From Lama guanicoe (taxonomy: Eukaryota), in NCBI GenBank assembly GCA_013239625.1, contig MU053934.1, positions 5,164,399-5,228,398 on the forward strand: a stretch of 64,000 nt of DNA, written 5' to 3'. Within the stretch, counting starts at the first letter, position 1, and each line of letters starts with the position of its first letter. A program made the translations under genes and the position numbers. Of this stretch, positions 1 through 12,689 are shown one piece after another. The notes beneath the pieces are model-generated. The model searched no databases. It saw only the letters and a program-made list of their open reading frames with translations, and was not told where the DNA came from.

Positions 1-394
1 AAGTAATAAATGTGATCACTATGAAAATGCATGCTTATGCATTTATGGATCTGAGATACAGCTTGTGAAAGCAGGAATGACAGGATGAGAGGACTGGGGT
101 GGGGTGAGAAAATCCAGGACAAATCTGAGGTTTTGACCCAAGCACCTTGGTCGGGGATGATACCCTTGATGAAGACAGCAGAGACAGGAGAATGGGGTCT
201 GGGAGGGTACGGGGCATGAAGAGTGCAGTTTGGGATGTATTAAATCTGCAGTGATTATGAGACATCCTTATGTGAAATGGAGAGGTTGAAAATGTGATTT
301 GGTATTTTTCTGGTAGAGCAGATAAGGTTAAATAAATAATAAAGGTTTAATATCAGCTTTTAATGTTTCTTCAAAATGGATTTCAGTTCACAAT

Positions 395-640
395 CTTAAT
401 AACCACTCACCTTTATCAAGCATGTGGTTGGTGCCATGCCCTTCACTAAGGGTTTTACACACATTGCTTTCAAACTTCCAAAGAACCCTATGAGGAAGAT
501 GCTGTTGTTCGCAGTGTTGAATGAGGAAGCTGAGATTTGAGAGGTTAGGACACTGGCCTGAGAGTCAGTAGCTGGTAGATGGAGAAGCCTGGATTCATAT
601 GAGGCTGCCTGAATTCAGAACTTACATCTCACCACTTACA
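395..640 (-). mobile_element. MIR SINE
   Basis: AACCCTATGAGGAAG...ATGAGGAAGCTGAGATTTGAGAGGTTAGGACACTGGCCTGAG. Confidence 0.75.
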
Positions 641-693
641 GTGGTGTCTGGCTGTGAGCATGTGGCTCATTGCAATTTTCTTCTCTTTTTCAG

Positions 694-767
694 GGTCTTG
701 GTTTTTGCACTGAATGTAGTCTAGAGTCATCTTCACGGGCTTGTGTTGCCCCAGGATACTGTCAAAG
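694..767 (+). other. TNRC6B: Non-coding 5'UTR exon of TNRC6B distal-promoter isoform (74 nt)
   Basis: Acceptor ttttcttctctttttCAG (AG at 692-693) and consensus donor AAG|GTAAGT at 767/768; lies upstream of the ATG-bearing exon and outside repeats. Confidence 0.8.
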
Positions 768-1554
768 GTAAGTTTTAAAAATTGATATCGGCATTCATCT
801 TAAAAAGAAGAAGAGTACATTTTGATGTTATTGCTCCTGTCCAGAGTTCTTTTTTTTTTCTCCAGAGTTCTTACAAAGGGGTATTTAAAGTGGCCATCAC
901 ACGGGCCCTTTGCATTTCAACTTCAGTAGGTCCCTTTGAAAAGCAGCTGTATTTAGATTGATACTGACATTTGGTGCCTCATCCTTTAATAAAGCTAGAA
1001 TCTGTTATTCATGTGGCAGTTTTGGAGTTTTATGTGAGCATATCCTAGCTTCTGTTCTGCTGGTCCGTCCCACACTGCTCCTTTGCTTAACCAGCTCTCA
1101 GGGCTCCCCAGTGCTGCAGGTGCCCTCCTACAGACCCCTTCAAAACTTAATTCCAGTCAACATTTCTGGTTTCCCTTTTAGTAAACCCCTATCTGTAAAC
1201 CTTACTGGGCCATTTTGTACTCCCCACATGTATAATTATTTTTCACCACTTTGTGCCTTAGTGGATGCTTTTCTCTTCTCTTAGATTTTGGAAGAGGGGA
1301 GAAGACTGCCGCTATTTACTCTTACTTCTTGTGTCTTTCCTGTTGTCCCCTTCTCCCACACTCCCTTGACAGAATTTTTTTCATCTGTGTTCTAGGAGTA
1401 CCTGTTGTTACTACAGCAATAAAGCATTCATTATTTTACATTAGAGTTATTTATTTGTATCTGTCTCCTTTACTAGTCTCTACCCTTTGAGACTTCCTGG
1501 AAAGGAGCTAACTGTTTTTTTTTTAGTGCCTCTTGGCTGCCTCTGGACACCTTG

Positions 1555-1740
1555 CTGAGTGCTATACATGTATTGTTTAACTTAATCCTTGTGACACCAC
1601 TTCCTGGCCAGTTTTATGGATGAAAGTAATGAAGATTAGAAAGTTAAGTAACTTGCCCAAGATTACACAGCTAAGAAATGACAAAGAATAATGGTTCTGC
1701 TCCGTCAAAGCCAAAGTTCGTTCTGCTGCACCACACTAGC
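1555..1740 (-). mobile_element. MIR SINE
   Basis: AAGTTAAGTAACTTGCCCAAGATTACACAGCTA. Confidence 0.75.
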
Positions 1741-1834
1741 CCAGCACCATTGGCCTGTGGTAGGGACCTAGTAAATATTTGTTCAATCAACTATTGCAGT
1801 TTAAACAAAAGGGACTTTAGCTGATTAATTCAGT

Positions 1835-2310
1835 CATTTTTACATAGGAATTTAAATACTTACTAAATGCCAGGTACACGGTTTTACGTAGTCTGTGAAT
1901 ACAGAGATTAATGAGATGAAGTATCTGGTATCAAAGGATTGATAATCCAGTAGGGGAGGGATCTGTGTAACTAAATAAATCCAGTTAAGTGTTACAGGTC
2001 CTATAGCAGAATTCAGACAAGATCTACTGGGGACACTGAGGAAGGAATCACGAGTTCTTCCTAGAGATGGGTCAGGAATTACTTTATAAAAGCTGAGTTT
2101 TAAATGACGAATAGAGTGTTGCCGGATGGTACTAGGGAAGGGAAAGGCAGAATGAGTAATATGAACAGAAACATGGAAACCTGAAGCCATCTGGCATATT
2201 TGGGAGGCCATCAGTTGTTCAGTGATGCTGGAACAAAGTGAACAAAGAGGTGTTGGCTGATGATGCTGGAGAGACAGGTAAGGCCTGGATCCTGGAGGCC
2301 TTTTAAATGT
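1835..2310 (-). mobile_element. L2 fragment
   Basis: ATACTTACTAAATGCC...GCTGAGTTTTAAATGACGAATAG...GCTGGAGAGACAGGTAAGGCCTGGATC purine-rich L2 pattern. Confidence 0.65.
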
Positions 2311-5300
2311 TAACATACTTACCAACTTTTAGAGAAGACCGAGCCCGGATGCTGTGTAAATCATGCTCATGTTTGGTCATTAACATCTGTTGAGGCCTGT
2401 CCTGCGTGTGCCGGTCAAGACTCTCGGTCAGTTACCGCCACGGCAGGAGAGTGGTGGCTCTGAGGTGAAACCATGTGCTGAAGCAGAAGGCAGATGCCTA
2501 TGCTGTGACATCATCCTTGACAGCTTTACTCCACTCGTCACCCTCCAGTTCATTTCACCTCGGTGACTCGGCTCTGACTCTTCCGTCACTCTGTTAGCAC
2601 TGATACACGGGCCCTTTGCCACCTCCCAAGTGGAACCCCAGCGTAGCCATATATTTTTGCATTGCCTACTTTATTCACCTTCCTTTTTGTCAAAAGGACA
2701 GTGAAACTGACTTAGACCCTTAGAACTACAAGCTGTGCCTTCAGACAAGATTGTCATCATGGTGTTTTCAAGAAACACATTGGAAAATAGTAAGGATGGT
2801 TCGAAAACAACAAAAAAATGAAAGCAAAGAAAGTAAAGGACATTGCTATGCCATATACTATAGTGAGAAACCTCTTAATTTCCATCTCCCCGTTGAATTG
2901 CCTACGTAAGCCCAGGCAGTTTACACATAGACCCTCACTGGTTTTATGGCACATGTGCTGTTTGAAATTCAGCTGCTTGGCCGCTTCCATGCAGCAAATA
3001 ACTGTTGCTCTCACTGATCTGTAAACGATCTATATGAAGAAAGTCTGTTTTCCCTAAAGTCCAATCATTGCCTCAGCCCTGCACGCTTAGGAAAAGCTGT
3101 GCCTGCATAATTCAAGGTCAGGCCACAGCCTCTGTACTTTGAAGCCACCCAAGCCTGCTAATTCCCCATTCCCTTTGCTGAGGCCAGCACGGCTGGCATT
3201 TGCTTGCTAGGCCAGAGTGGCCGATGTACGCTGAGGCCGCTTGCACAGCTGACATTTAGATGAGCTTTCAGTACCACCACCACCGCCACCGCAACCGACT
3301 GTGGCTTGTTGCTTTGCCGAGGCCGGCAAAGCCCCCAAGCCTTTGCTAAGGCTTCTGTGCCTGGTGCATGCAGCCTTGTCTCCATAGAAACAACCACATA
3401 CCTGAAGACAGAGTTACCATAACTACAGTCACCACTAAGGTCAGAATACAGTGTGGCCTCTGCTTTCTAAACGTCTAATTTGGCCTCAGTAGTTAAAACT
3501 TAGTGTATAACTGTAAAAACTCATGTGACCTAAAGTAAACCTCTGCAGGGTCAAAACGGTTTGTCCTCTCACTAACGACTAAGGCCCCAAATCCTGGCCT
3601 GACAGAAGCCTCAGAAATTCCACGTGAATTTATCTCCCCAAATTATGCTTCATGTCCACTTATCAAGACTCTAGTCTCAAATGCACCAGATTTAGGGTCT
3701 TTGAGAGACCTAATAAATAGCACTTTCCCCCTTGGCTGAGTTCTATACCAACTGAGAAAATTGGGAGAATGTGGCTTACATCTACGGGCAAGAGAACAGT
3801 CTTAACACTGAACCTCAGAATTCAGCAGACTTAACCTTGTCACAGTAATTGTGAGGGACCCGTATTTATGGGTATAACAATAAAGGACAGTGCATGCTCC
3901 TGGGGGACAGCTGGCTTCCAAAGGGAAGAGAGAGAAGGGGCTGAGCTCACATACCTTGTTTCTCCTTCTGAACTCACCATTCAGATAAGATCCTGTGCCT
4001 CCCCTAGGGTGAAGCATGTGGGTGGAGAGGAGCCAGAGGTGAAACCCCAGGAGAGGGGAAGAAGCATTCCTCTTTCCCAGCACATTGAAACGGAAATGGC
4101 ACAGGGATTATGGGGTAGCTTTCTTGGTCAGCTATGTCTATAATGTATCTCTATGAAATACCACCTCTGTTTCAGCAAAGTGGAATGGGAACTTAAAGAC
4201 GTTTGTGAAGCATTTGTATACCAGACCTTTCTAGTTATGTTATTGAGGTTTTTCCAGTGCTACCAATATAGTTTTCATAGAAAGAGCAGTTCTGCTTTTA
4301 TACAACTATCGTAAGCCTGTGAGGGGCAAAACCAACTAGAGAAGTCCGGTTTCACTTGCTGTGAGCATCAGTTGTATGTTTCACAGAGGGAATGGGCAGC
4401 GTCGGGTCAGGTGGAGTGAGTGAATTGGGGGTTGGTTAAGGAGCTTTCGCTGTACCAATTTCACATTGCATAAATACATATTGGTTCCCCCAAAACCTCA
4501 TAGTGGGCACAGTAGATATTTTGATACACTTTCCCCCTCAACAGGTGAGGAAACAGATTCCCAGAAGGACCTTTTTAGCCTCAGGTCTTGTGGATGTTTA
4601 TTGAGAAGCTTGTACACAGAGCTGGATCGCCAGGTTCCCAATCTGCTGCGGTCATAAATATTTCTCCGCACACAAAAAACATACAATGTCAAGCATCTTT
4701 TTAGTTTTCATCCATAGCTGTGAGCCCTTTGAAGTACTTGAGAGGTTTTAAAATATTCATACCTGATACAATGGAGATTTATTTTGTGTCAGTTTGAATA
4801 ATTATTCTTTAATAATTATGTATTTAATGAATTAGTTTGAATTTTGCATAAACTTTTAGTAGTTTCTTTTTGGTACATTTTATTTAATTCATAAAATTTT
4901 AACACAGTTTTATTTGACTCATTTTATTCTTAGAGGAAAAATTACTACTTTTTATTGTCTTGCCCTATGAATAGCCTGTTCTCATATAAAAATAAATTAA
5001 CTGACATTTAGTTTATTAAGCAAATTTTCTTACAATAAAAAGATGGGATCAACCAATAGAGGACACCTTAATTTCAATTATAAAATATCATTAATGTTGA
5101 GCATAAATTATAAACCCAAGAAACTCAGCCACTTTCAATTTCCTAGCCCAGTATCCAGACAGTATGACCTGCTACAGCATAACAACTTGTCCACTGCTTT
5201 ACTTAGTGGGCCTCCTTTCTGACAGGTCAGAGTTTATACTGTATGAATTGCTGAAGATTTTCACTGTTATCTCTGCGAAAATCAAATAAAAAGAGGGAAA

Positions 5301-5596
5301 AAATCTAGAACTGTTTAATACCCCAGTGTCTCAAACCTTTCCTAACTACCCTCAAGGTGACGAAAATTCCCTTCCTACCCTTCTCCCTCCTTTCTTACCT
5401 AGGATGCTTGTGGATGTGCGTACACAAACCTACACACATATGCATACACACACACACCACACACACATTACTTAAGGTCATTGCTTCACAGTATTTATGG
5501 TCTTGGTGACAGAAATTCAGTCTAATTTTTGAAAAAATAAAAACAAGTTTTCACACTGAATTCCTTATGTATTTTTTCTCTTCTTATCTCTTTCAG

Positions 5597-5642
5597 GCAG
5601 TATTTGTTTGTTTCTGCAGAGTTTTGCACAGAGTCTGTTCCC
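5597..5642 (+). other. TNRC6B: 5'UTR part (46 nt) of first coding exon of TNRC6B distal isoform
   Basis: Long polypyrimidine tract then tttCAG|G at 5596/5597; ATG at 5643. Confidence 0.8.
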
Positions 5643-5687
5643 ATGCAAACCAATGAGGGAGAAGTATCGGAAGAAAGCAGTTCCAAG
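5643..5687 (+). CDS. TNRC6B: TNRC6B alternative N-terminus, coding exon A: MQTNEGEVSEESSSK (ends phase 0)
   Basis: Hand translation of 15 codons; donor AAG|GTCAGT at 5687/5688; matches my recollection of the alternative human TNRC6B N-terminus; continues in frame into 29594. Confidence 0.9.
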
Positions 5688-6479
5688 GTCAGTGAATTAC
5701 TGAAGAACCAAACAGTTTGAGCAGAAATTGAACAACAGGGGCAGTGAATGAGTAGAGTGAGTGTTGTGTTTCAGGTGAATTTAGAAATTTGATTGATTTA
5801 AATTAGAACTGAACCTAAGATTGAGAGGATTTTTTCTACTTAATATCCATTTTTGTTGTAGTATATGACAAATTTAAAACAAATTTTTACTGAACTGAGA
5901 GAAATTTATGATTTCTTTGTAGAATACTAGCACTTTATCTTTTAATGTTTTGTTATGCAAGTTGTATGTACTTATTTTGAAAATTAAAACAAATCAGAAG
6001 TGTGTAAGGCAAAAAGTAAAAGCCTGTCCCTTTTTCCTGCTGCATAGAAGACATCACTGATAATTTTTTAGACGTTTTAAATTATATTGTAAAATTTTAA
6101 ATGGTAACTTGTTTGGCTTGGCTCTTCAAGCTAAAGCTTGAATGAATATTATCATTGTTAAACCCTGTATATAAGTAGTTATATACATGCTTATCTGTCT
6201 ATATCTGGCCCCATGTCCTGAATCTCCTTGGCTGTTTCTCTGTCTGGTGATATGGAGCCCTCAGTATCACCTTCTCACCCCTCTTTGTCCTTTCAAAGCT
6301 GTCTCCAGTCCTTCCTGGGCACTCTGAGGGTGTCTCACACTGTGTCCTGGACAGTGCCCAGCCCTGCAGCATTATCTGCCCTGAGCCCTCCTGGGGGTGT
6401 CCTTTCACTGCTGCTACCTTTCCTGGTACTCTCTGTGGGGAGACTTACTCTTCTACCACAGCAGAAGTGGAGAGGTATG

Positions 6480-6820
6480 AAAACGTCATGGGGAACCTCC
6501 AAAACATGCTAATTGGAGGAAGCCAGACACAGAAGGTCACATATTGTGTGATTGCATTTGTAAGAAATATGTAGAGTAGATGAATCCATGGCCAGAACAC
6601 AGACAGGTGGTGGCCAGGGACCAGTTAGAGGGAAGGGGAATGAGGAGTGACTACTTAATGGGCATGGGGTTTCTGTTTGGGGTGATGAAAATGTTTTGGA
6701 ACTTAATAGAGGTAGTAATTGCACAACATTTTAAATGTACCAAATACCGTTGAGTTGTTCACCTTAAAATGGTTAGTTTTATGTTATGTGAATTTCACAT
6801 CAATAAATTATTAAAAAACA
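6480..6820 (+). mobile_element. L1MB-like 3' end
   Basis: GGGGTTTCTGTTTGGGGTGATGAAAATGTTTTGGAACT...AAAATGGTTAGTTTTATGTTATGTGAATTT plus A-rich tail. Confidence 0.85.
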
Positions 6821-7894
6821 AAGAAGACAGGAAAAAAAAATGTGTGTGGATTCCCATCAGATCAGTCTTCACTGCCTCTTGGCCTCATACAACACTTCAC
6901 CAAATTGTAGAGAGGCCATCCCCTTCTCTGCTCTGTTGCACTTCGTGGACTGGGCTTCAGAGAAGCACTGTTTGTGCCCTGAGTCTCCAGGTCCCTTGTG
7001 GAAACAACTCACTTAGCTTCTTTCTGAATCCCTCCTCACTACAGTCCTTGTGTTAGGTAAAAGGACAGATGTCATCCTGTCCTCTTGCTTTTTTTTTTTC
7101 CATCTCGCTTCCTTCTTTCTGTAGCCAAAGCAGAAGCCTATAGACTTTGATCAGACTCATCCAGATCCTGAATCTCATTTAGGGATAGTCAGAACATGTG
7201 AGACATGCACATGCCCTGGGAATCTCCCCCCCCACACACACACAGACGCACACCCAGGATTCCCAGAATACACATGCCCCAGGATTTCTGTAGTGCACCT
7301 GCACCCTTCTCCACGACCCTAATTAATTAGTTTGTGATGAACTACAGTGTTAAGGAAGACTGGATTCTTCGATCCTCTGGCAAGTGCATTCTCTCCCTAG
7401 AAAGCTGAGTTGTAATTGGAAGATTGCTTGGCAAGCATGTAACTAGACCAATAGAGACTATTTAATTGTGCCAGAGTCTCAGTTTCTACCTTTTTTTGTC
7501 CCCCTAGAAAGAAGGACTGCATTTCTTGATTTTTCAGTTACTGAATAATGTATCAGTTTAGAATCAACTAGACTAAAAAAAAGAACATTCATTTTGTAGT
7601 TGCAGTAAGTAGATGTTTCTGTTATCAAAAATTAGATTATAACTTTATTTTTATCAGTCAGTTTAAGTTACGTTTTTATTACTTTTTTCTTCTTATGCTT
7701 CTCTTTGTTTAAAATCTTACTATATTTGGAATGATTTGATGTTAATGTATGAATTTATCATAGTACTTAATTTCATTAATTATAGCAACATAATTTGTGG
7801 TTTTCTGTTAACAGAAAAGTTAGGAAAGGTAACTGATTTTGAGGGAAAGTGGGGAATTTTCTACAAAACATAATAATTTTGAACTAAATCCATT

Positions 7895-8715
7895 TTTTTT
7901 TCAATAAATTCTTGAGCATGTGTTATTGGGGGATACAACAATAAACAAACAAGACATAGTTCTTCCTCTCAAGGTGGTTACATTTTAGTGGGAAAAAAAC
8001 AAATATAAATAAAGATAATAATTATGGATTATGATCAATACTATGAAGAAAATAAAATCAAGCAATATATAGGGTGACTGGGAGAATATGCTTGGGTTGG
8101 TCAAGGAGGGCTCTGAAAAGGTGACATTTCAGCTGAGAGGTAAAGGCTGAGGGGGCCAGCTATGTAAGGAGCTAGAAGAACTGTACTGGGTCAGAAGAAA
8201 CAGCTCCAAAGCCATTGTTGTCTTCCAGGAACTATCAGAAGTCCCTTGTGGCCAAGTGGTGATAGGAGGTTAGGGAGTGAGGCAGAGCCGTTGCAAGACC
8301 TTTAAGGCCATGGTGTAGAGCATGGATTTATTCTCCATAAACTGGGAAGCCATTGAAGGCTGCCACGTTAGGGAGTGGCGTGGTATGATTTGCATTTGTG
8401 AAAGATCACTTTGGCTGCTGTGTGGAGAATGGATGGGAGAGAGGCTGGAGTCGGAGCACGGAGCCAGTGAGCGGCAGCTGTAGTTCATCACCCAGGTGAG
8501 AGGAAAGATGGGCTAGGGTAGTGCACTGAAGTGGAGGAGAGAAAGAGCCAAGGTGTAATTTGGAGATAAAACTGACATGACTTGTGGGTGAACTGGAATA
8601 CTTTTGCTTCACAGGAATCAGGAGGTAAGTTTTAAGCAAAAGGTAGACTTGGTACTGTCCGATGCTGCCAAGAAGCCAAGGAGGTTGGTAATTGAGAAAA
8701 TGCATCTGGATTTGT
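7895..8715 (-). mobile_element. L2 fragment
   Basis: GGTGACATTTCAGCTGAG, GGGAAGCCATTGAAGG, AAAGATCACTTTGGCTGCTGTGTGGAGAATGGA. Confidence 0.75.
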
Positions 8716-8724
8716 GTTTTGAAG

Positions 8725-9060
8725 AGTTAATTCAAGAGAAGGGACACAAAATTTTCTGGAGAGATGGAGATATTCTATGTCTGTTAGGGGTGTGGGTTAT
8801 ACAGGTATATCCATTTGTCAAAATTATACTGCTATAATTTACAATTACAATAAAAATTACAATTTTCCAAGTACACTTTACCTGCAAAACTGTAGACGAA
8901 TAATTGACTGGGCATGGAGGATGGGTGGAAGTGTGAATGAAACACACCTGACAACGTGGACAACAGCTGAAGCTTAGTGATGGGTACATACGGGTTCATT
9001 TGTATTTACTTTGTATCTGCTTGAAATTTTCCATAATAAGAAAGTTTTTAAAAAGAAGTT
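8725..9060 (+). mobile_element. Old L1 (L1MC/ME-like) 3'UTR fragments
   Basis: GTGATGGGTACATACGGGTTCATT...TTGAAATTTTCCATAATAA is typical of L1M 3' ends. Confidence 0.65.
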
Positions 9061-11049
9061 ATTAATGGCCTTTAAGAGTAAGAGGATGAGAAACCAAGTT
9101 TTATGGATTAGAAGGAAATTAAATGATTTTTTAAAAAAAGTAAGAGTGGTGACTATAGTTTGCTATCCAATTTTAGGAAGTTTTAAAGTAAATGGAGAAG
9201 AGCAGTGGGTAGGAGGCATTAGTTCAGGTGAAAGTTTTTTTTAAATGGTGGAGGCCCGTGCTTGTTTGAGAAAAGAGGGCAGAAATGAGTGGAGGAAGAA
9301 ATGAGTGTGTGTTTATGGGAAAAGTTCCCCGGATTTGTGAGCTTGAAGGAACTTGGGGATCAGCGAGGCTGGGCCTTGCAGCTGTGGCAGTGCCTGAGTG
9401 CACATCTGACCCGCTCTTCTGACTCCTGTCTGGTAGTTAAGAGATACATGGAGGAGGAAAGAAAGACAGTGGGGTTCAGCTTTTCCTCATGTTGCCTCCG
9501 AAATAGAAGTCATTGTTATTTGGAGAGTTTAGAATGCATGATTGAGGACTTGAAATGACGAGTTTAGATTTCGTACTAAGGGGAAATTGGAATTTTTGAA
9601 ATTGCATTTGTAGAAAAGGTGCTAAGAATAGCTAATAAGTGAATGAAAGGGTCCGTGCAGTTTAAAAAAAAAACACCCATGTACATACTGTGCGAATAGA
9701 AGTCAAGGATGTTTATGGTCAGACGGGATTGACAAAGGAAGTCTTCTTGGAGAATTATGAAGAATTCCTTTTGAAGAAATACTCTCTGAAACTGTGCAAT
9801 GTCTTCCATAACTTTTTTTTTTTTCTGAGAGAGAGATGTTGAAGTTCAGAGATGCACTGGGGGTTATATATCCGTCACAAGTTGGGAAATGTATACTTTG
9901 ATCTTTTGAGTTTAGGAAGATTCCATTTCCCTGCTCGAAAGAGAAAAAGCAGAAGATGGCTTCTAAAAGTTTGCTGTAGATTGGCCATGGATAAATCTAT
10001 AATTAAGTACAAATGTTCTTTCGATTTTTCATTGCCTTTTTTTTTAACCTCCTTTCCCCCCTCCCCCTTTCCTTTCCTCTTATTAATTCCGCAAATATTT
10101 ATTGAGCATCTATTACATGCCAGGAACTGTGCTGGGTGCTGACACACAAAGCAGCCTTAGTGAACTGTGATTTTCTTTGTTTTGATTCTTGGGGCTCCAA
10201 GAATTTTAAGTGGAAGCAAGGAAAAAGAATGTTAAATTTCACAGTAGTTTAGAACTAGCTTTTTTTCCTGAATGGTCACCAGAATATAATTTTGTATGAC
10301 CTAATCACTTCTTCAAACAGAGTTCTGCTATTTTAGTGGAAGCTTCTATTGTAGAAATGTCCTTTAGGACAGCAATCGACAGAGTTGTTATTAATGTAAA
10401 ACTTCATAAGCCCCTGAATATATCCTTTGGAGGCACAGTGACTATTCCTTTTATTTTTCCCAAGGACCATTTCAGGACTTATTTGACTTCCCTGCTGTGT
10501 CTGTGAGAGAGAAAATTGAATAGAACGAACACAGTTAACCACGAATCTGTCTTACTGTTCCACACTTACAGAAGTTAAGTATGAAAATTATGTTCTGTAT
10601 AAAAGGCTGATGACATATCAGGAAATCCAAAGGTTGGGAATATAGTTCATTGGCATGATTCCCTTAGAGAGAGACTCATGTAACTTAATTTATTTAGTAT
10701 TTATATGCCTATATTGTCATATTAATCTAAGCATAGATACTGTTTTATCTATCATATGTGGCTTTGACGCACTGAATGCAGTGATCAGTTTTCTTAGTGC
10801 CTGGTCTAGCTATTACATGGTGGGAGTGTACGTTACTTGGGGGGCTGTTCCATTGTAGTGTGGATTTATTGATATATCTTATATGGTAGCTATTTATTTA
10901 CATTGTCCCTTTTGTTTTATTCTTTCTGAGATTTAAAAAATGATATACCTTTTTAGTCAATCAGTTAATTATTCTGTTAATCTAAACCTGTTCTAAAAAA
11001 TAAAAGTTCTATATATATTTAAAAACACACATATACCACCACCACCACC

Positions 11050-11515
11050 AGTACAGCTTATTATGTCTCATGATTCTGTAGTTGGCTGGGCTCAATAGGG
11101 CAGTTCTCCTGCTCCAAAGTGGTGTCAGCAAGGGCTGCCATCCTCTGGAGTCCCAGCAGGCCAGAAATGCCCAAAATGGCTCACTTACATGGCTGGCAGT
11201 CTGTGCTGGCTGTCAGCTAGGAGCTCAGCTCAAGGCTGTTGACCCCAGCGTCAAGAATCTCCTACATATGACCTCTCCGCGTGGCTTGGGTTTCTCACAG
11301 CATGGCGACTGGGCTCCAAGAGGGAACATTCCAAGCGTGCAAAAGCAGCGGATATATTAAGGCCCAGCCTCAGAAGTCACACAGCTTTACTCCCTCTGCA
11401 TTCTGTTGAGTTAAAGCCAGTCACAGGGCCACTGTAGATTCAAAGGGAGGGAAGACAGATTCTACCTCTCAACGAGAGGACTGGCAGAAAATTTAGAGTC
11501 ATCTTTAATCCTCTG
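11050..11515. mobile_element. MLT1-type (ERVL-MaLR) solo LTR
   Basis: TCTCATGATTCTGT...GGCTGGGCTCA...TCTCACAGCATGGCG...GATTCAAAGGGAGGG...ATCTTTAATC, recognised as MLT1-like. Confidence 0.75.
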
Positions 11516-12689
11516 CACGGTGATATGTGTATTGGGTGCCAGGCTGAAGAGGAGGTAATGGCGGAGACCAGATAATTTAGGCTAAGGAGTTTTAATAATA
11601 GACAACAGATTTTTGAAGAATGGGAGTGAGATGTGCATTTTACTTTATGATTTGCCTTCTTATGGTAACTGGTGTTTATGTAGAAGATAGACTAGAATAT
11701 CTGCATCTTCACCCACAAATTTTCTAAAGAAAGAGAATCTGATTTGTCCAACCCAGCCTGTGGACTGATTTCCACTGGGTCTTGAGTTCTCTGAGTGGGA
11801 TGGCAGGGCCCATAGATGAGAAAGTAGATCCCATAGAAGGACTTAAGAAGTAGGAGGCAAAACCCAGCATTCCTGGGACAGTCGTTTCCATTATATTTCT
11901 CAGTGAGGATGGATTAGAATTCTTAATTTTAATTGCACAGCTATGTCTCACTTTAAATTTAGTATAATTTAGGTTGATAGTCTGAGTTGATGTTAGCTTA
12001 CTATTTGTAGAGATTGTGCAGCTAGGGTCTTAGAATATTTTTTTTTAATAAGCAAAATCTAAGCAAGTATAATAAAGTTTGTAATAAAACTGAGCAGTTG
12101 GATGTTTGTAGTCTTATTCTCTGTACTTTTTTGTGTGTTTAAATGTTTATAAGAAAACAATAAAAATAAATAAGCTCTAGGATTTAAAAATTATAGCTAT
12201 AGATTTACGTGCCCATATATCTCTCTTAATTACTATGAATAAAAAATACTTACTGAATTAGGAAGCCAACACTTTAGCTATATCATTCTCTTTATAGTGT
12301 TATCAAAGGTAACAAGTAAACTTAGAATTTATCTGCAAAGAATAAAGGGGTCTATTGTCTGGCTTTAAACTAAAGAGAGTTAAATGAGATGATTTAGACT
12401 GAGTCTTTTGCTTCTTTAAGTTTAGGATATCTCTACCTTCGACTGAATCTGATTCAGCAAATTTATAATGAGAGTTCATGGATTCTGGTTTTTTTAGAGC
12501 AGACTGGGAAAGAAACCATGCAGAATATGTATTTTTCCCATTGGTTTACATAGCTGGCAAACATAATTTGGATTGGAGTCCAGATCTGTCCCACTTAAAA
12601 GGCCATGCTAAGTGCAATACTCCATCCTAAAGAAGTTATATGACAGTGTAATCAACTTGGTTGACTTAGAGAAACTTATTAGAAAGATC

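Noticed and set aside
899..2619. Exact 15-bp direct repeat ACACGGGCCCTTTGC at 899-913 and 2605-2619
   Set aside because: A match of this length is expected roughly once or twice by chance in 64 kb, and the enclosed sequence is a mix of old repeats, not one insertion.
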